Shown here: one piece after another, positions 15,051 through 24,048 of the stretch
Layout: every line of letters starts with the position of its first letter
How positions within the stretch are numbered: position 1 is the first letter of the stretch
Source: Candidatus Giovannonibacteria bacterium
GTDB taxonomy: Bacteria; Patescibacteriota; Minisyncoccia; UBA11713; 2-01-FULL-45-33
Direction of reading: 5' to 3'
Assembly: GCA_016176295.1 (NCBI GenBank)
Contig: JACOXN010000005.1
Location: 2,156 to 66,155 of the forward strand
Length of the DNA stretch: 64,000 nt
Made by a program: the position numbers and the translations under genes
The notes under the pieces: generated by a model
The model's database searches: none
The model's input: the letters and a program-made list of their open reading frames with translations, nothing else
Told to the model about the DNA's origin: nothing

Positions 15051-17468
15051 ATGTTTATTTTTAATATTTTAAAAGGATTAGCAGGAAGTTTGTCTTGGAG
15101 GATGGAAGCCTCGGTTTTTTCCGAAGATGATGCGGTTTCTGATGAACCAACCGTCTTTTATAAACTTTCCCAATGGTGCATTCTCGCCGTGGCGTTTCTC
15201 TTGCCGGTGTGGTTCCTGCCACTCACCATTTCGCCTCTGATGTTCAACAAGGCGCTTCTCGTCTCGGTGCTGGTGATCCTTGCGTTTTTACTTTTTATCG
15301 TCCACGCGGTAATGCGCGGCGGAATAAAAACCGGAAAACATTGGATATTTTGGGCGGGTTTCGCAGTTGTGTTACTTTGGCTTGCCTCGGCTTTGACGAC
15401 CTCACAGAGCGGCTTCAGTATTTGGGGTTTGGGCGCGGAAACTTCCACGCTTTTTTCGCTGATTATCTTTTTGGTTTTGGCTTGGCTCGTGTCCGCGCTT
15501 TTTGCGGAGCCTGCGGCTTTGGGGCGACTGCTTATGTTTTCCGCTACCGGTTTGGGAATTTTTGTAGTGCTCTCGCTGCTTTCGGTTTTGGGAGCCTTGC
15601 AGTGGCTGGGCGGGCCGCTTACTCAGCGAACTTTCAGCACCATGGGTTCCTGGAACGGAGCGGGAATTGCCGCCGGTCTTTTTGCGGTGATGCTTTATCC
15701 TTTTATTCTGGCTGCTTCCGGTTTTTGGCGCTGGGTCGTGTACGCGTTGTTCGGGCTTTCGATGCTTTTAATGTTGATGGTGAATTTTTCACTTGCCTGG
15801 CTGATCCTCGGGCTTTTCGCTCTGCTTATACTTTGCTATGGGGTTTGGAGCGGCACTTTGCGGGGCGCTGCGATGGTGACGGTGGTTTTGTTGCTCGCTT
15901 TTTCTCTTTTGGGTTATTTCTTTGAAAAACCAATAGCGAACACCGTCGAAGCTTTGGGCGTAGTTCCGCCTTTGGAAGTTGGTGTTAACCATCCGACGAC
16001 TTTCGGCATAATAAAAAGCACTCTTTCCAAAGACATGTTTTTGGGCAACGGTCCGGCAACTTTCGGCTATCTTTGGGACCAGGAAAAGCCGGTCGCTGTT
16101 AACCAAACGCCTTTTTGGGGCGTGCGGTTCGCATCCGGTTCGTCTTATTTCCTGACATTACTGGCCGAGCTTGGGGTTCTCGGTTGGCTCGTTTTTATGA
16201 CGTTCGTTTTGGGGCTTTGGTATCTTAGTTTGCGCGCAGTCACTTCGCACGCGGCCTCGGAGTATGGGCTCTTGGTGCTGGCGCCGTTCCTGCTTCTTTC
16301 CTATACCGTATTTATGTGGGCTCTTTATCCGATCAATTTTGCATTGGCGGCCTTAGGATTTTTGTTCCTGGGGATCGCTCTCGCGGCGCTTCGCGCCTCC
16401 GGGCTGATGAAGTCCAGGAGCTTTACGCTCTTTAGCGAGGGGACCCGTGGGTTCGTTTCGGCAATATTCATCGTGATATTCGTGATAGCGAGCTTGGGTG
16501 GTCTGTACGTTACCGTTACCCGTTACATGGGCCAGCTTGCGTATTCGAAGGGAATCGAGATATTCAACGAGTCCGGAGATTTGAATGCCACGGAACAGAA
16601 ATTGCTTTCGGCCGTCAAATTTGATTCACAAAACGACCTTTATTACAGAACTCTTTCAGATGTTTATCTTTTAAGAGCGAGGCTTCTTCTGCAAAACCAG
16701 CAGACGACGGCGGACCTTCTGGCATCGCAATTCAAGGATGTTTTGGATGCTTCCCTGGCGGCGGCTCAAAACGCGGAGAAAGTTTCACCAATGGACTTCC
16801 TGAATTTCGAGTCGATGGGCAAGATCTACGAATTCCTGGTGCCTTTAGGGACGGAGGGAGCGGCCGAAGCGGCGCTGGCCCAGTATGACCTCGCGATAAA
16901 ATTGGCGCCGGTAAATCCAGCGCTTCTGCGCGACAAAGCCCTGGTTTATTTCGGACGCTACGGCATTTCTCAAAAGAAGGACGACTTGAAACAGGCCGAA
17001 GCGCTGCTGGTCAAATCCACGGAGCTTAAGCCGGATTATGCGGCGGCCCATTATCTTCTGGCACAGGTATTGGTGGCTGAAGGCAATGAAAAGGATGCTA
17101 TCGCGAGAAGTGAAGCGGCGGCGTTACTTGCCCCCAACGATATAGGCGCGCTCTTCCAGCTTGGTCTTCTTTACTACCGCAATCAAAGATATGCCGATTC
17201 GGAAGCGGTCTTCACCCGCGCGGTCACACTGAACGATAATTATGCGAATGCCCGCTACTTCCTTGGATTAATCTATGATAAAAACGGCAACAAGCAGCGC
17301 GCCATCGAAGAATTCAAGAAAGTGGCGGCTTTGAACCCCTCTAACGAAGAAGTGAAAAAGATCCTTGTGAACCTGCAGGGCGGCAAAAGCGCTCTCGCCG
17401 GCATATCTCCCCCTTCGCAGCTTCCGGAAAAGAGAATAGAACCACCGGTAAAGGAACAGGGAAACTGA
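15051..17468 (+). CDS. Polytopic membrane protein (O-antigen ligase/Wzy-like) with C-terminal TPR repeats
   Basis: More than 10 hydrophobic segments are followed by TPR-like repeats (AHYLLAQVLVAEGNEKDAI..., ARYFLGLIYDKNGNKQRAIEEFKKVAALNP). The start at 15051 (MFIFNILKG) was chosen because upstream codons are LamG-stub sequence. A TACAAT box lies upstream. Confidence 0.7.
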   Translation: MFIFNILKGLAGSLSWRMEASVFSEDDAVSDEPTVFYKLSQWCILAVAFLLPVWFLPLTISPLMFNKALLVSVLVILAFLLFIVHAVMRGGIKTGKHWIFWAGFAVVLLWLASALTTSQSGFSIWGLGAETSTLFSLIIFLVLAWLVSALFAEPAALGRLLMFSATGLGIFVVLSLLSVLGALQWLGGPLTQRTFSTMGSWNGAGIAAGLFAVMLYPFILAASGFWRWVVYALFGLSMLLMLMVNFSLAWLILGLFALLILCYGVWSGTLRGAAMVTVVLLLAFSLLGYFFEKPIANTVEALGVVPPLEVGVNHPTTFGIIKSTLSKDMFLGNGPATFGYLWDQEKPVAVNQTPFWGVRFASGSSYFLTLLAELGVLGWLVFMTFVLGLWYLSLRAVTSHAASEYGLLVLAPFLLLSYTVFMWALYPINFALAALGFLFLGIALAALRASGLMKSRSFTLFSEGTRGFVSAIFIVIFVIASLGGLYVTVTRYMGQLAYSKGIEIFNESGDLNATEQKLLSAVKFDSQNDLYYRTLSDVYLLRARLLLQNQQTTADLLASQFKDVLDASLAAAQNAEKVSPMDFLNFESMGKIYEFLVPLGTEGAAEAALAQYDLAIKLAPVNPALLRDKALVYFGRYGISQKKDDLKQAEALLVKSTELKPDYAAAHYLLAQVLVAEGNEKDAIARSEAAALLAPNDIGALFQLGLLYYRNQRYADSEAVFTRAVTLNDNYANARYFLGLIYDKNGNKQRAIEEFKKVAALNPSNEEVKKILVNLQGGKSALAGISPPSQLPEKRIEPPVKEQGN

Positions 17469-17470
17469 GG

Positions 17471-19168
17471 ATGCGACTATTTCCGGTGAGGCTCCCCAAA
17501 ATATTTCATGTGGATATTTCCAACGTCCACCACGCCGCTTTTTGGCTGTCCATTTTCGCCCTTATTTCGGGGATATTGGGACTTTTCCGAGACCGGCTGT
17601 TGGCGGGGATGTTTGGAGCTTCGAGGTCGCTTGACCTTTACTATGCCGCGTTCCGAGTGCCTGATTTTGTTTACACAATGATGCTTTTTTTTGCCGCTTC
17701 CACGGCAATCATCCCGATCTTTTTGTCCGTAAAAAAAGATTCGGGAGAGGATGGAAAAAGCGGAGACCTTCTTGGTTCATTGATATTATTTTTCGGGCTT
17801 TTGGTTTCGCTCTCAAGCTTGCTCGTTTTTTTCCTTATGCCGAAATTTGCTTCGTTCCTTTTCCCCGGGTTTACCCCCGACGAGCAGGGGACGGTTATAC
17901 TGCTTTCCCGGGTTCTCCTGCTGTCGCCGATATTTTTGGGGCTTTCAAATATATTATCCAGCGTTACCCAGACCTTCGGCAGGTTTTTTGTATACGCTTT
18001 AAGCCCCGTAGTTTATAATCTGGGGATAATCATAGGCGTATTATTTTTATATCCTTTGATGGGGTTTCAAGGATTGGGCTGGGGGGTAGTATTGGGAACT
18101 TTTTTGCATATGGCGGTACAGGTGCCTTCGGTGATAAAGATAGGCGTGAGGCCAAGTTTTAAAAATTTGTGGAGCCGCGAGCTTAAAAAGGTAATTGCCT
18201 TGTCGGTACCGCGGACCCTGGGCCTTGCCACTACGCAGATTTCTCTTACGGTTTTTACTTCCATCGCATCGGTTTTCGCGCAAGGCTCGATATCCGTTTT
18301 CAATTTCGCGACCAATCTGGAGTATCTTCCAGTGACTTTAATAGGACTTTCCTACAGCGTGGCCGTATTTCCGCGCCTCGCCGCGCTCTCCATATCTAAA
18401 GCGAAAGACGGTTTTAAAGAAAATTTTTCCGTGGCTTTCCGGCATATTGTTTTTTGGGCGCTTCCCAGCGCCGTCCTCATTTTGGTTCTGCGCGCGCAGA
18501 TAGTGCGCGTCATCCTTGGAAGCGGGAAGTTCAGCTGGGCGGATACGCGGCTTACGGCAGCGGTTCTTTCTTTGCTGGCTTTTGCGGTGGTACTGCAAAG
18601 TCTTTTTATGCTTCTGGTGCGTGCTTTTTACGCTGAAGGAGAAACCTATAAGCCGCTTATCGTAAATATTATTTCCGCCTTTCTTTCCGCCGGAAGCGCT
18701 TTTTGGCTTTCAAAAATAATTTTACCGGGAAGCGCGCCCGCGGATTTTTTGGGGAGTTTGCTTCGGATATCGGATATTTCGGATATCCGGGTCATAGCGC
18801 TTCCTTTGGGAGTATTGATAGGAAATATTTTTAATCTCGTTTTTCTTTTTCTTTTATTTAAAAAAGTTTTCGGTTGGTATCCGGATGACGGGTCAAGGCC
18901 GTCTTTTTTACAGGTTCTTTCCGCGTCGCTTATTTCCGGGGTTACCGCATACGCGTCCCTCGCCTTTTTTACGAATTTTTTCGACCTTGATACGTTTCCG
19001 GGTATTTTCATGCAGGGTCTTTTTTCGGGTCTGCTGGGTCTCGTCGCCTTGATATTCGCTTTGTGGGCCTTGGGCAACCGCGAGCTGTTTGAACTGCATG
19101 CGAGCCTTGTCAGCAAATTCTCCCGGAAGGAGCAAGTACCTGCCCCGGAGCCGGAAAAACTTCCTTAA
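17471..19168 (+). CDS. murJ: Lipid II flippase MurJ/MviN
   Basis: RDRLLAGMFGASRSLDLYYAAFRVPDFVYTMML is the conserved MurJ N-terminus. About 14 TM segments. Confidence 0.88.
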   Translation: MRLFPVRLPKIFHVDISNVHHAAFWLSIFALISGILGLFRDRLLAGMFGASRSLDLYYAAFRVPDFVYTMMLFFAASTAIIPIFLSVKKDSGEDGKSGDLLGSLILFFGLLVSLSSLLVFFLMPKFASFLFPGFTPDEQGTVILLSRVLLLSPIFLGLSNILSSVTQTFGRFFVYALSPVVYNLGIIIGVLFLYPLMGFQGLGWGVVLGTFLHMAVQVPSVIKIGVRPSFKNLWSRELKKVIALSVPRTLGLATTQISLTVFTSIASVFAQGSISVFNFATNLEYLPVTLIGLSYSVAVFPRLAALSISKAKDGFKENFSVAFRHIVFWALPSAVLILVLRAQIVRVILGSGKFSWADTRLTAAVLSLLAFAVVLQSLFMLLVRAFYAEGETYKPLIVNIISAFLSAGSAFWLSKIILPGSAPADFLGSLLRISDISDIRVIALPLGVLIGNIFNLVFLFLLFKKVFGWYPDDGSRPSFLQVLSASLISGVTAYASLAFFTNFFDLDTFPGIFMQGLFSGLLGLVALIFALWALGNRELFELHASLVSKFSRKEQVPAPEPEKLP

Positions 19169-19175
19169 AAAGAAA

Positions 19176-19205
19176 AAACCCTTTTTGCCATATGGCGAAG
19201 GGTTT
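19176..19205. terminator. Bidirectional hairpin between convergent murJ and lipoprotein genes
   Basis: AAACCCTT (19176-19183) pairs with AAGGGTTT (19198-19205). The inner palindrome is GCCATATGGC. A-run and T-run flanks are present. Confidence 0.65.
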
Positions 19206-19208
19206 GGG

Positions 19209-19787
19209 CTATTTGATGCGTTTGATGCCTTGGGACATTCCGCCTGTGAGAGCCCCGGAAAGCATGTCGGAAATATAGAATGTTTCTTTTTCTTTTTTCT
19301 GGAAGTTCTCCGGTTTAGCAACCCGCAACAGTTTGCCTTGGTAAAAAATGAGATAGCCCACGAATTCGGGGCCTTCCTGTGTTACCGATGCGCTCCAAGG
19401 AAGTACGTTCGCGAGTTTTTTCGCTTTTTCAGTAAAAATGATCTCGATGACGTCTTGGTCTTCCAGAAGTTTTCTGAAGTCTTCGATATCCTTTACTGTT
19501 GCCATCTGAGGCACGATGTTGCCGTAAATGGCTTTCTGCTTTTCTTCCGGATTGACGATGTCTCTGACCCCTGAAGTCTTGGCTTTAATTCCCAGAGTTT
19601 TGCGCACTTCCTCGATGTCCGTTCCTTTCTGCAGCTGTTCCAATTTCTTTATGAGTTTTTCGGGAGTGTTGGCGATGCTCTCGGGAATGATGGTTTTACT
19701 GGCGAGTGGCATTCCTCCGCAGCCGGCGGCGAAAATGAGCAGCGAGATCCCCGCAACAAAACTATATAGTTTCAAGGTATCCTCCAA
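19209..19787 (-). CDS. Hypothetical lipoprotein
   Basis: Signal peptide with a lipobox-like LLIFAAGCGG. No other motif was recognised. Confidence 0.65.
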   Translation of the reverse strand: MEDTLKLYSFVAGISLLIFAAGCGGMPLASKTIIPESIANTPEKLIKKLEQLQKGTDIEEVRKTLGIKAKTSGVRDIVNPEEKQKAIYGNIVPQMATVKDIEDFRKLLEDQDVIEIIFTEKAKKLANVLPWSASVTQEGPEFVGYLIFYQGKLLRVAKPENFQKKEKETFYISDMLSGALTGGMSQGIKRIK

Positions 19788-19847
19788 AGTATCAACAAAA
19801 ACAAGGTACTGGTTTTAAGCGTATCATACGGGTATGATATTACAATA

Positions 19848-21656
19848 ATGTATAAACAGGGGTTTCCCACAGAAAATATAAGAAATTTCTGCATTATTGC
19901 CCACATTGACCACGGCAAATCCACGCTTGCCGACCGCATGCTGGAAGTGACAGGGACGGTGGAAAAGCGGCGCATGCGCGAGCAATTTTTAGACATGCAT
20001 CCTTTGGAGCGGGAGCGGGGCATTACAATCAAGATGCAACCCGTCAGAATGGCCTACAGGCCAAAATTTCCAATTTCCAATTCAGAATATATTTTGAATT
20101 TAATAGATACTCCGGGCCACATAGATTTTAATTACGAAGTTTCCCGGGCGCTGGCCGCGGTTGAAGGAGCTATTTTGCTGGTGGACGCGACCCAGGGCGT
20201 GGAGGCGCAAACGATATCCAATGTCGAGATAGCGAAATCTTTGAAGCTCGTCATCGTTCCGGTGGTGAACAAAATCGACCTGCCGCATGCCCGCGTTCCC
20301 GAAACAAAAAAAGAGATCATGAGCCTTTTAAATTGCCGCGAAGAAGATATTCTGGAAGTTTCGGCCCGCACGGGCGAGGGGGTGGAGAAGCTTATTGTGG
20401 AAACGGTAAAAAAAGTGCCTCCTCCCAAGCCGGGGTCCGGAGAACCGCGAGCTCTTATTTTTGATTTTGAATTTTCCCAGCATCGCGGCATAATCGCGCA
20501 CATCAGATTGTTTGAAGGCGGAATAAAAAAAGGCGATCAGTTGAAGCTTTTCGAGGCGCGCAGGAATTTTATTGTTGGCGGAACCGGTATTTTCATTCCG
20601 GAACTTAAGGAAGCGGAATCTTTGGGCACGGGAGAGATAGGCTATGTGATCACAAACATAAAAGAAGCTAAAGTGGTGCGTGTCGGGGACACTATTTTAA
20701 AAAATAATTCCGCGCTTCCTCCTCTTGAAGGGTACAAGGAAATCAAACCGGTCGTTTTTTCAAGTATTTTTCCGGATAGTCAAGATCAGTTCGAGGACCT
20801 GGAAAAGGCTTTCGGACGCATAAAATTGATAGATAGCGCATTCTTTTACGAAGAGGAATCCAGCGGGGTTTTGGGGCGGGGTTTTAGATGCGGATTTTTG
20901 GGAATGCTCCATTTGGAGATAGTGGCGGAAAGATTGGAGAGGGATTTTGGGATCGGCGTGGTCGTGGCAACGCCGACGGTTAAGTATCATATCAAGACCA
21001 AAAAGGGCATTGAGGAAGTTTACACTCCTTCAAAATTTCCCGAAGACAGTGAAATTCTGGAAATTTCCGAGCCGTATCTCAAGCTAGAAATATTAACTCA
21101 CCACGACCGACTTTCGTCCGTCGTGAAATTGCTTCAGGAACACAGGGCCGAGATAGGCGAAACGGAACAATTTTCCCAGACCCGGGTAAAATTGAAAGCC
21201 GGCCTCCCGCTCCGGGAACTGATGAAAGATTTTTTCGATGAATTAAAAAGCGTTTCGTCCGGCTACGCTTCTTTAAATTACGAATTTTCCGAGATGCGCG
21301 CGGCTGACCTGGTGCGGCTTGATATTTTGGTGAATGACGAACCGGTTCCGGCGTTTGCAAGAATAATTCCGAGGGATGCCGCAGGCAGGGAAGCGGAAGC
21401 CACAGTGGAAAAGCTTCATAAGTTCCTGCCGCCCGCTCTCTTTACCATCAAGATACAGGGGAAAGCTTTGGGAAGAATTTTGGCTTCGAGATCGCTTAAG
21501 CCGTCGTCCAAAGACGTCACCCAGCATATGTATGGGGGCGACCGCACCCGAAAAATGAAACTTTGGAAAAAACAGAAAGAAGGAAAAAAGCGCCTGAAAG
21601 CCCACGGCGAAGTGGAAATACCCCCGGACGTCTACCTCAAGATGATAAAGAAATAA
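19848..21656 (+). CDS. lepA: Elongation factor 4 (LepA)
   Basis: NFCIIAHIDHGKSTLADR G1 motif, DTPGHIDF and NKIDL. The LepA-specific C-terminus is present. Confidence 0.95.
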   Translation: MYKQGFPTENIRNFCIIAHIDHGKSTLADRMLEVTGTVEKRRMREQFLDMHPLERERGITIKMQPVRMAYRPKFPISNSEYILNLIDTPGHIDFNYEVSRALAAVEGAILLVDATQGVEAQTISNVEIAKSLKLVIVPVVNKIDLPHARVPETKKEIMSLLNCREEDILEVSARTGEGVEKLIVETVKKVPPPKPGSGEPRALIFDFEFSQHRGIIAHIRLFEGGIKKGDQLKLFEARRNFIVGGTGIFIPELKEAESLGTGEIGYVITNIKEAKVVRVGDTILKNNSALPPLEGYKEIKPVVFSSIFPDSQDQFEDLEKAFGRIKLIDSAFFYEEESSGVLGRGFRCGFLGMLHLEIVAERLERDFGIGVVVATPTVKYHIKTKKGIEEVYTPSKFPEDSEILEISEPYLKLEILTHHDRLSSVVKLLQEHRAEIGETEQFSQTRVKLKAGLPLRELMKDFFDELKSVSSGYASLNYEFSEMRAADLVRLDILVNDEPVPAFARIIPRDAAGREAEATVEKLHKFLPPALFTIKIQGKALGRILASRSLKPSSKDVTQHMYGGDRTRKMKLWKKQKEGKKRLKAHGEVEIPPDVYLKMIKK

Positions 21657-21657
21657 T

Positions 21658-21759
21658 CTAGAAGAGATAGGGCACTATCGAAAAAAGCACCATGCTTACA
21701 ACCACTATTACGGATATCACGGTCCAGACTATTTGGATTTTTTTCGATTTGGATTTCAT
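21658..21759 (-). CDS. Possible 33-aa single-TM micro-protein
   Basis: MKSKSKKIQIVWTVISVIVVVSMVLFSIVPYLF*, read by hand from the minus strand. It is below the ORF-track cutoff and has no other support. Confidence 0.25.
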   Translation of the reverse strand: MKSKSKKIQIVWTVISVIVVVSMVLFSIVPYLF

Positions 21760-21776
21760 GTTATAAGTATTATAAG

Positions 21777-22172
21777 ATGGCGATGCGTGATTTTCAAGAA
21801 AAGAAGCGGATAGAGCGCATTATGTCTTCGGGGCCGGTGTTATTTTGCCTCTTAATAATACTGCTGGCGGCCCTTTGGGGAACCGGCAAAATGTGGAGAA
21901 TAAGGCTCGGCATTGGCAATGAAATATCGGGTCTTGAAGCGAAATTAGCAAAGACACACTCGGAACGGATGGAATTCGAAAAAAAGTTCCGCGCTTTAAG
22001 CTCGCCCGAGGGTCTTGAAAAAGAGAGCAGAGAGAGGTTTAATTTCAGAAAGCCGGGAGAGAAGGTTGTGGTGTTCCTGGACGACGAATCGCAGGCTTCC
22101 GCGTCAGGAAAAGCGGGTCCCAATTTTTTTATCAGTTTTTTTAATAAAATTATTAAATATTTCGACGAGTAA
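21777..22172 (+). CDS. FtsB/DivIC-like septum formation initiator
   Basis: N-terminal TM segment and a coiled coil, then the conserved tail LEKESRERFNFRKPGEKVVVF. Confidence 0.65.
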   Translation: MAMRDFQEKKRIERIMSSGPVLFCLLIILLAALWGTGKMWRIRLGIGNEISGLEAKLAKTHSERMEFEKKFRALSSPEGLEKESRERFNFRKPGEKVVVFLDDESQASASGKAGPNFFISFFNKIIKYFDE

Positions 22173-22176
22173 TCCT

Positions 22177-22734
22177 ATGAAAAAAATTCAAAAAATATTA
22201 AAAGGAAAATATCTGGCCGTTGGCGCCGTTGTAGTTATCTTGGTGGCGGTATTTTTTTCCTGGGGTTATCTTCCGGTCATGAAAGTGAACGGGGAAATGG
22301 TGAGCTACCGTACGTTTTCAAAAATTTTGGACGCGATGAATACTTACGATAAAGCTGCGGGGAAGGCTCCGCTTGCGGAGGCGGAAATGAAAAGAAAAGT
22401 TTTTTCGGACCTCGTGGAGCAGAAATTTCTGGATGAAACTATAGCAAAAACCGATCCGGCCATGGAGAAAGAAGCCGAAGCGCTGGTGGAGCAGGCCATC
22501 AAGGATACTCCGGGGCTCAACACTAAGGACGCTTCCCGCTTGCTTTTTTCCCTTTCCGAAAAAGATTTCAAACATCTGGTCCTGCTTCCTCAGGCCAAGA
22601 GAGACGTTGTCATGAAGCGTTTTGAAACCAATCCGGATTTTCCGAACATGTGGAGTGAGCTCTACAAAAACGCACAGGTCTCGGTTTACTATCCGGGATT
22701 TTACTGGGAAGAGGGGGAGATAAAGTCAAAGTAA
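22177..22734 (+). CDS. Membrane-anchored hypothetical protein (SurA/PpiD N-terminal chaperone-like?)
   Basis: Start MKKIQKILKGKYLAVGAVVVILV at 22177 (the track ORF starts at 22015, inside the previous gene). The helical region resembles SurA_N-type domains, but the assignment is weak. Confidence 0.6.
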   Translation: MKKIQKILKGKYLAVGAVVVILVAVFFSWGYLPVMKVNGEMVSYRTFSKILDAMNTYDKAAGKAPLAEAEMKRKVFSDLVEQKFLDETIAKTDPAMEKEAEALVEQAIKDTPGLNTKDASRLLFSLSEKDFKHLVLLPQAKRDVVMKRFETNPDFPNMWSELYKNAQVSVYYPGFYWEEGEIKSK

Positions 22735-22744
22735 TCACGCGCGG

Positions 22745-22778
22745 GCGGGATTAGTTTAGTGGCAGAATGGCTGCTTCC
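22745..22778 (+). pseudogene. Orphan 5' half of tRNA-Gly (acceptor, D-arm, anticodon stem up to the anticodon)
   Basis: Exact 34-nt copy of 23121-23154 (GCGGGATTAGTTTAGTGGCAGAATGGCTGCTTCC). It diverges inside the anticodon. Confidence 0.9.
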
Positions 22779-22857
22779 TCCGCCAAAAGTCGCCTGGGGC
22801 GACATTTAGGCGGACCCGTCAAAATGGCCTTCGGCCTTTTGTCGGGCAAGCAAAAAA

Positions 22858-23130
22858 ATGTTTTACACTTACGTATTATTATGCATTGATAAGCAGCGGT
22901 CGCGAAGTAAATTTTATATTGGTTCAACTGAAGATTTGCGTGAAAGGTTGAGGCAGCATAAGAGTGGAAGTGTGGATACTACAAAAAGTTTTGATGAGGT
23001 CTTGTTAATTTATTTTGAAGCTTGTCTAAATAAAACAGACGCAAGAAAAAGAGAGTTGCAATTAAAAACAAGTTTTGGCAGAGGCTATTTAAAAAAGAGA
23101 TTAGAAGGTTATTTCGATAAGCGGGATTAG
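22858..23130 (+). CDS. Small GIY-YIG nuclease-superfamily protein (YhbQ/UPF0213-like)
   Basis: FYTYVLLC...KFYIGSTEDLRERLRQH...RELQLK provides the GIY, YIG, Arg and Glu motifs. The stop TAG (23128-23130) lies inside the first 10 nt of tRNA-Gly. Confidence 0.85.
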   Translation: MFYTYVLLCIDKQRSRSKFYIGSTEDLRERLRQHKSGSVDTTKSFDEVLLIYFEACLNKTDARKRELQLKTSFGRGYLKKRLEGYFDKRD

Positions 23131-23191
23131 TTTAGTGGCAGAATGGCTGCTTCCCAAGCAGCAGGTACGAGTTCGATTCTCGTATCCCGCA
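23121..23191 (+). tRNA. tRNA-Gly (anticodon CCC)
   Basis: Cloverleaf folded by hand. Acceptor GCGGGAT/ATCCCGC, anticodon stem GCTGC/GCAGC with loop TTCCCAA, T-arm ACGAG-TTCGATT-CTCGT. CCA is not encoded. Confidence 0.9.
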
Positions 23192-23211
23192 CAGAAGCTT
23201 CAAATTTAATT

Positions 23212-23236
23212 AAAAAACGGCTCATATAAATGAGCC
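23212..23236 (-). terminator. Terminator of the minus-strand hypothetical gene
   Basis: GGCTCAT-ATAA-ATGAGCC hairpin followed on the minus strand by TTTTTT. Confidence 0.7.
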
Positions 23237-23237
23237 A

Positions 23238-23768
23238 TTAAGAATCTTCCTCGTCATACTCGCTTTGTTGTTTTAAGATGCTTTCTTGAATGCTGCCGGG
23301 TTTATCAATTGCCCAGTATTTCCAGTGCGGCTTAACCCACCAAGAATGAAATTTTAGATTTATTCTCCCTTTGAAAAAAATTTCCATTAGGTGATGATCT
23401 AAAACTGTTGTTAAGAAGGACATTCTTGGCTCCGGAAGACCGGGGTCATAAGGATCAGTTCCGTGGCTTAGCATCACCAATCTTCCAATGCCGTCATCTG
23501 TCGGCCTAATTCTTTCATACCCAAGTGAAAAACCTTTTTGATAATCTTTCAGGAGAAAGTGAAATACCTCTTTTTCATCAATAATCATGTATAGGCCGGA
23601 TTTGTTTTTTTTGAAGTCAAGTATTCGGCCTTTTAATTTTTCATTTATTTTTACAGTGCCTCCCATTGAACCAACCAATCTAATGTACAGGAAATCTGCG
23701 GAATAACTATCTAGGCACAACCTTAAATTCTTAAAATCCAATTTCTTGGGCATCCAATATTGTTCCAT
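23238..23768 (-). CDS. Hypothetical protein (no recognisable domain)
   Basis: 176-aa ORF with AAGGAG upstream of the ATG and its own terminator. The sequence is visibly AT-rich. Confidence 0.65.
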   Translation of the reverse strand: MEQYWMPKKLDFKNLRLCLDSYSADFLYIRLVGSMGGTVKINEKLKGRILDFKKNKSGLYMIIDEKEVFHFLLKDYQKGFSLGYERIRPTDDGIGRLVMLSHGTDPYDPGLPEPRMSFLTTVLDHHLMEIFFKGRINLKFHSWWVKPHWKYWAIDKPGSIQESILKQQSEYDEEDS

Positions 23769-24048
23769 TGCGGGGGGCTCCTTAGGTTGTTAAACAACTA
23801 AGCTATCCTCACCTTAACAATATCGGTTATTTTTGCAATGTAAAAAGCGGCATTATAAATTAGATTTATAAAAAATTTAGCGCCAAAAATATTAAGGCAG
23901 CGCCTGGTTATCGAGGGGATTGCCCATAAAAAAATAACGGCTCTTAGTCTATAAAAGCGTTTGAAGTGGTATTTTTTTACCTTGTTTTGCAAATATTTAT
24001 TAATCCGATATCCTCAAGTAAGATGAACTTGCTTGAAAAAGGTGATAT

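Noticed and set aside
22779-23120. Group I intron with a GIY-YIG homing endonuclease inside tRNA-Gly
   Set aside because: The downstream copy is a complete tRNA (5' half plus 3' half), not just a 3' exon. Only about 80 nt of non-coding RNA precede the ORF and none follow it, which leaves no room for a group I core. I could not find P7/R-S-type conserved elements.
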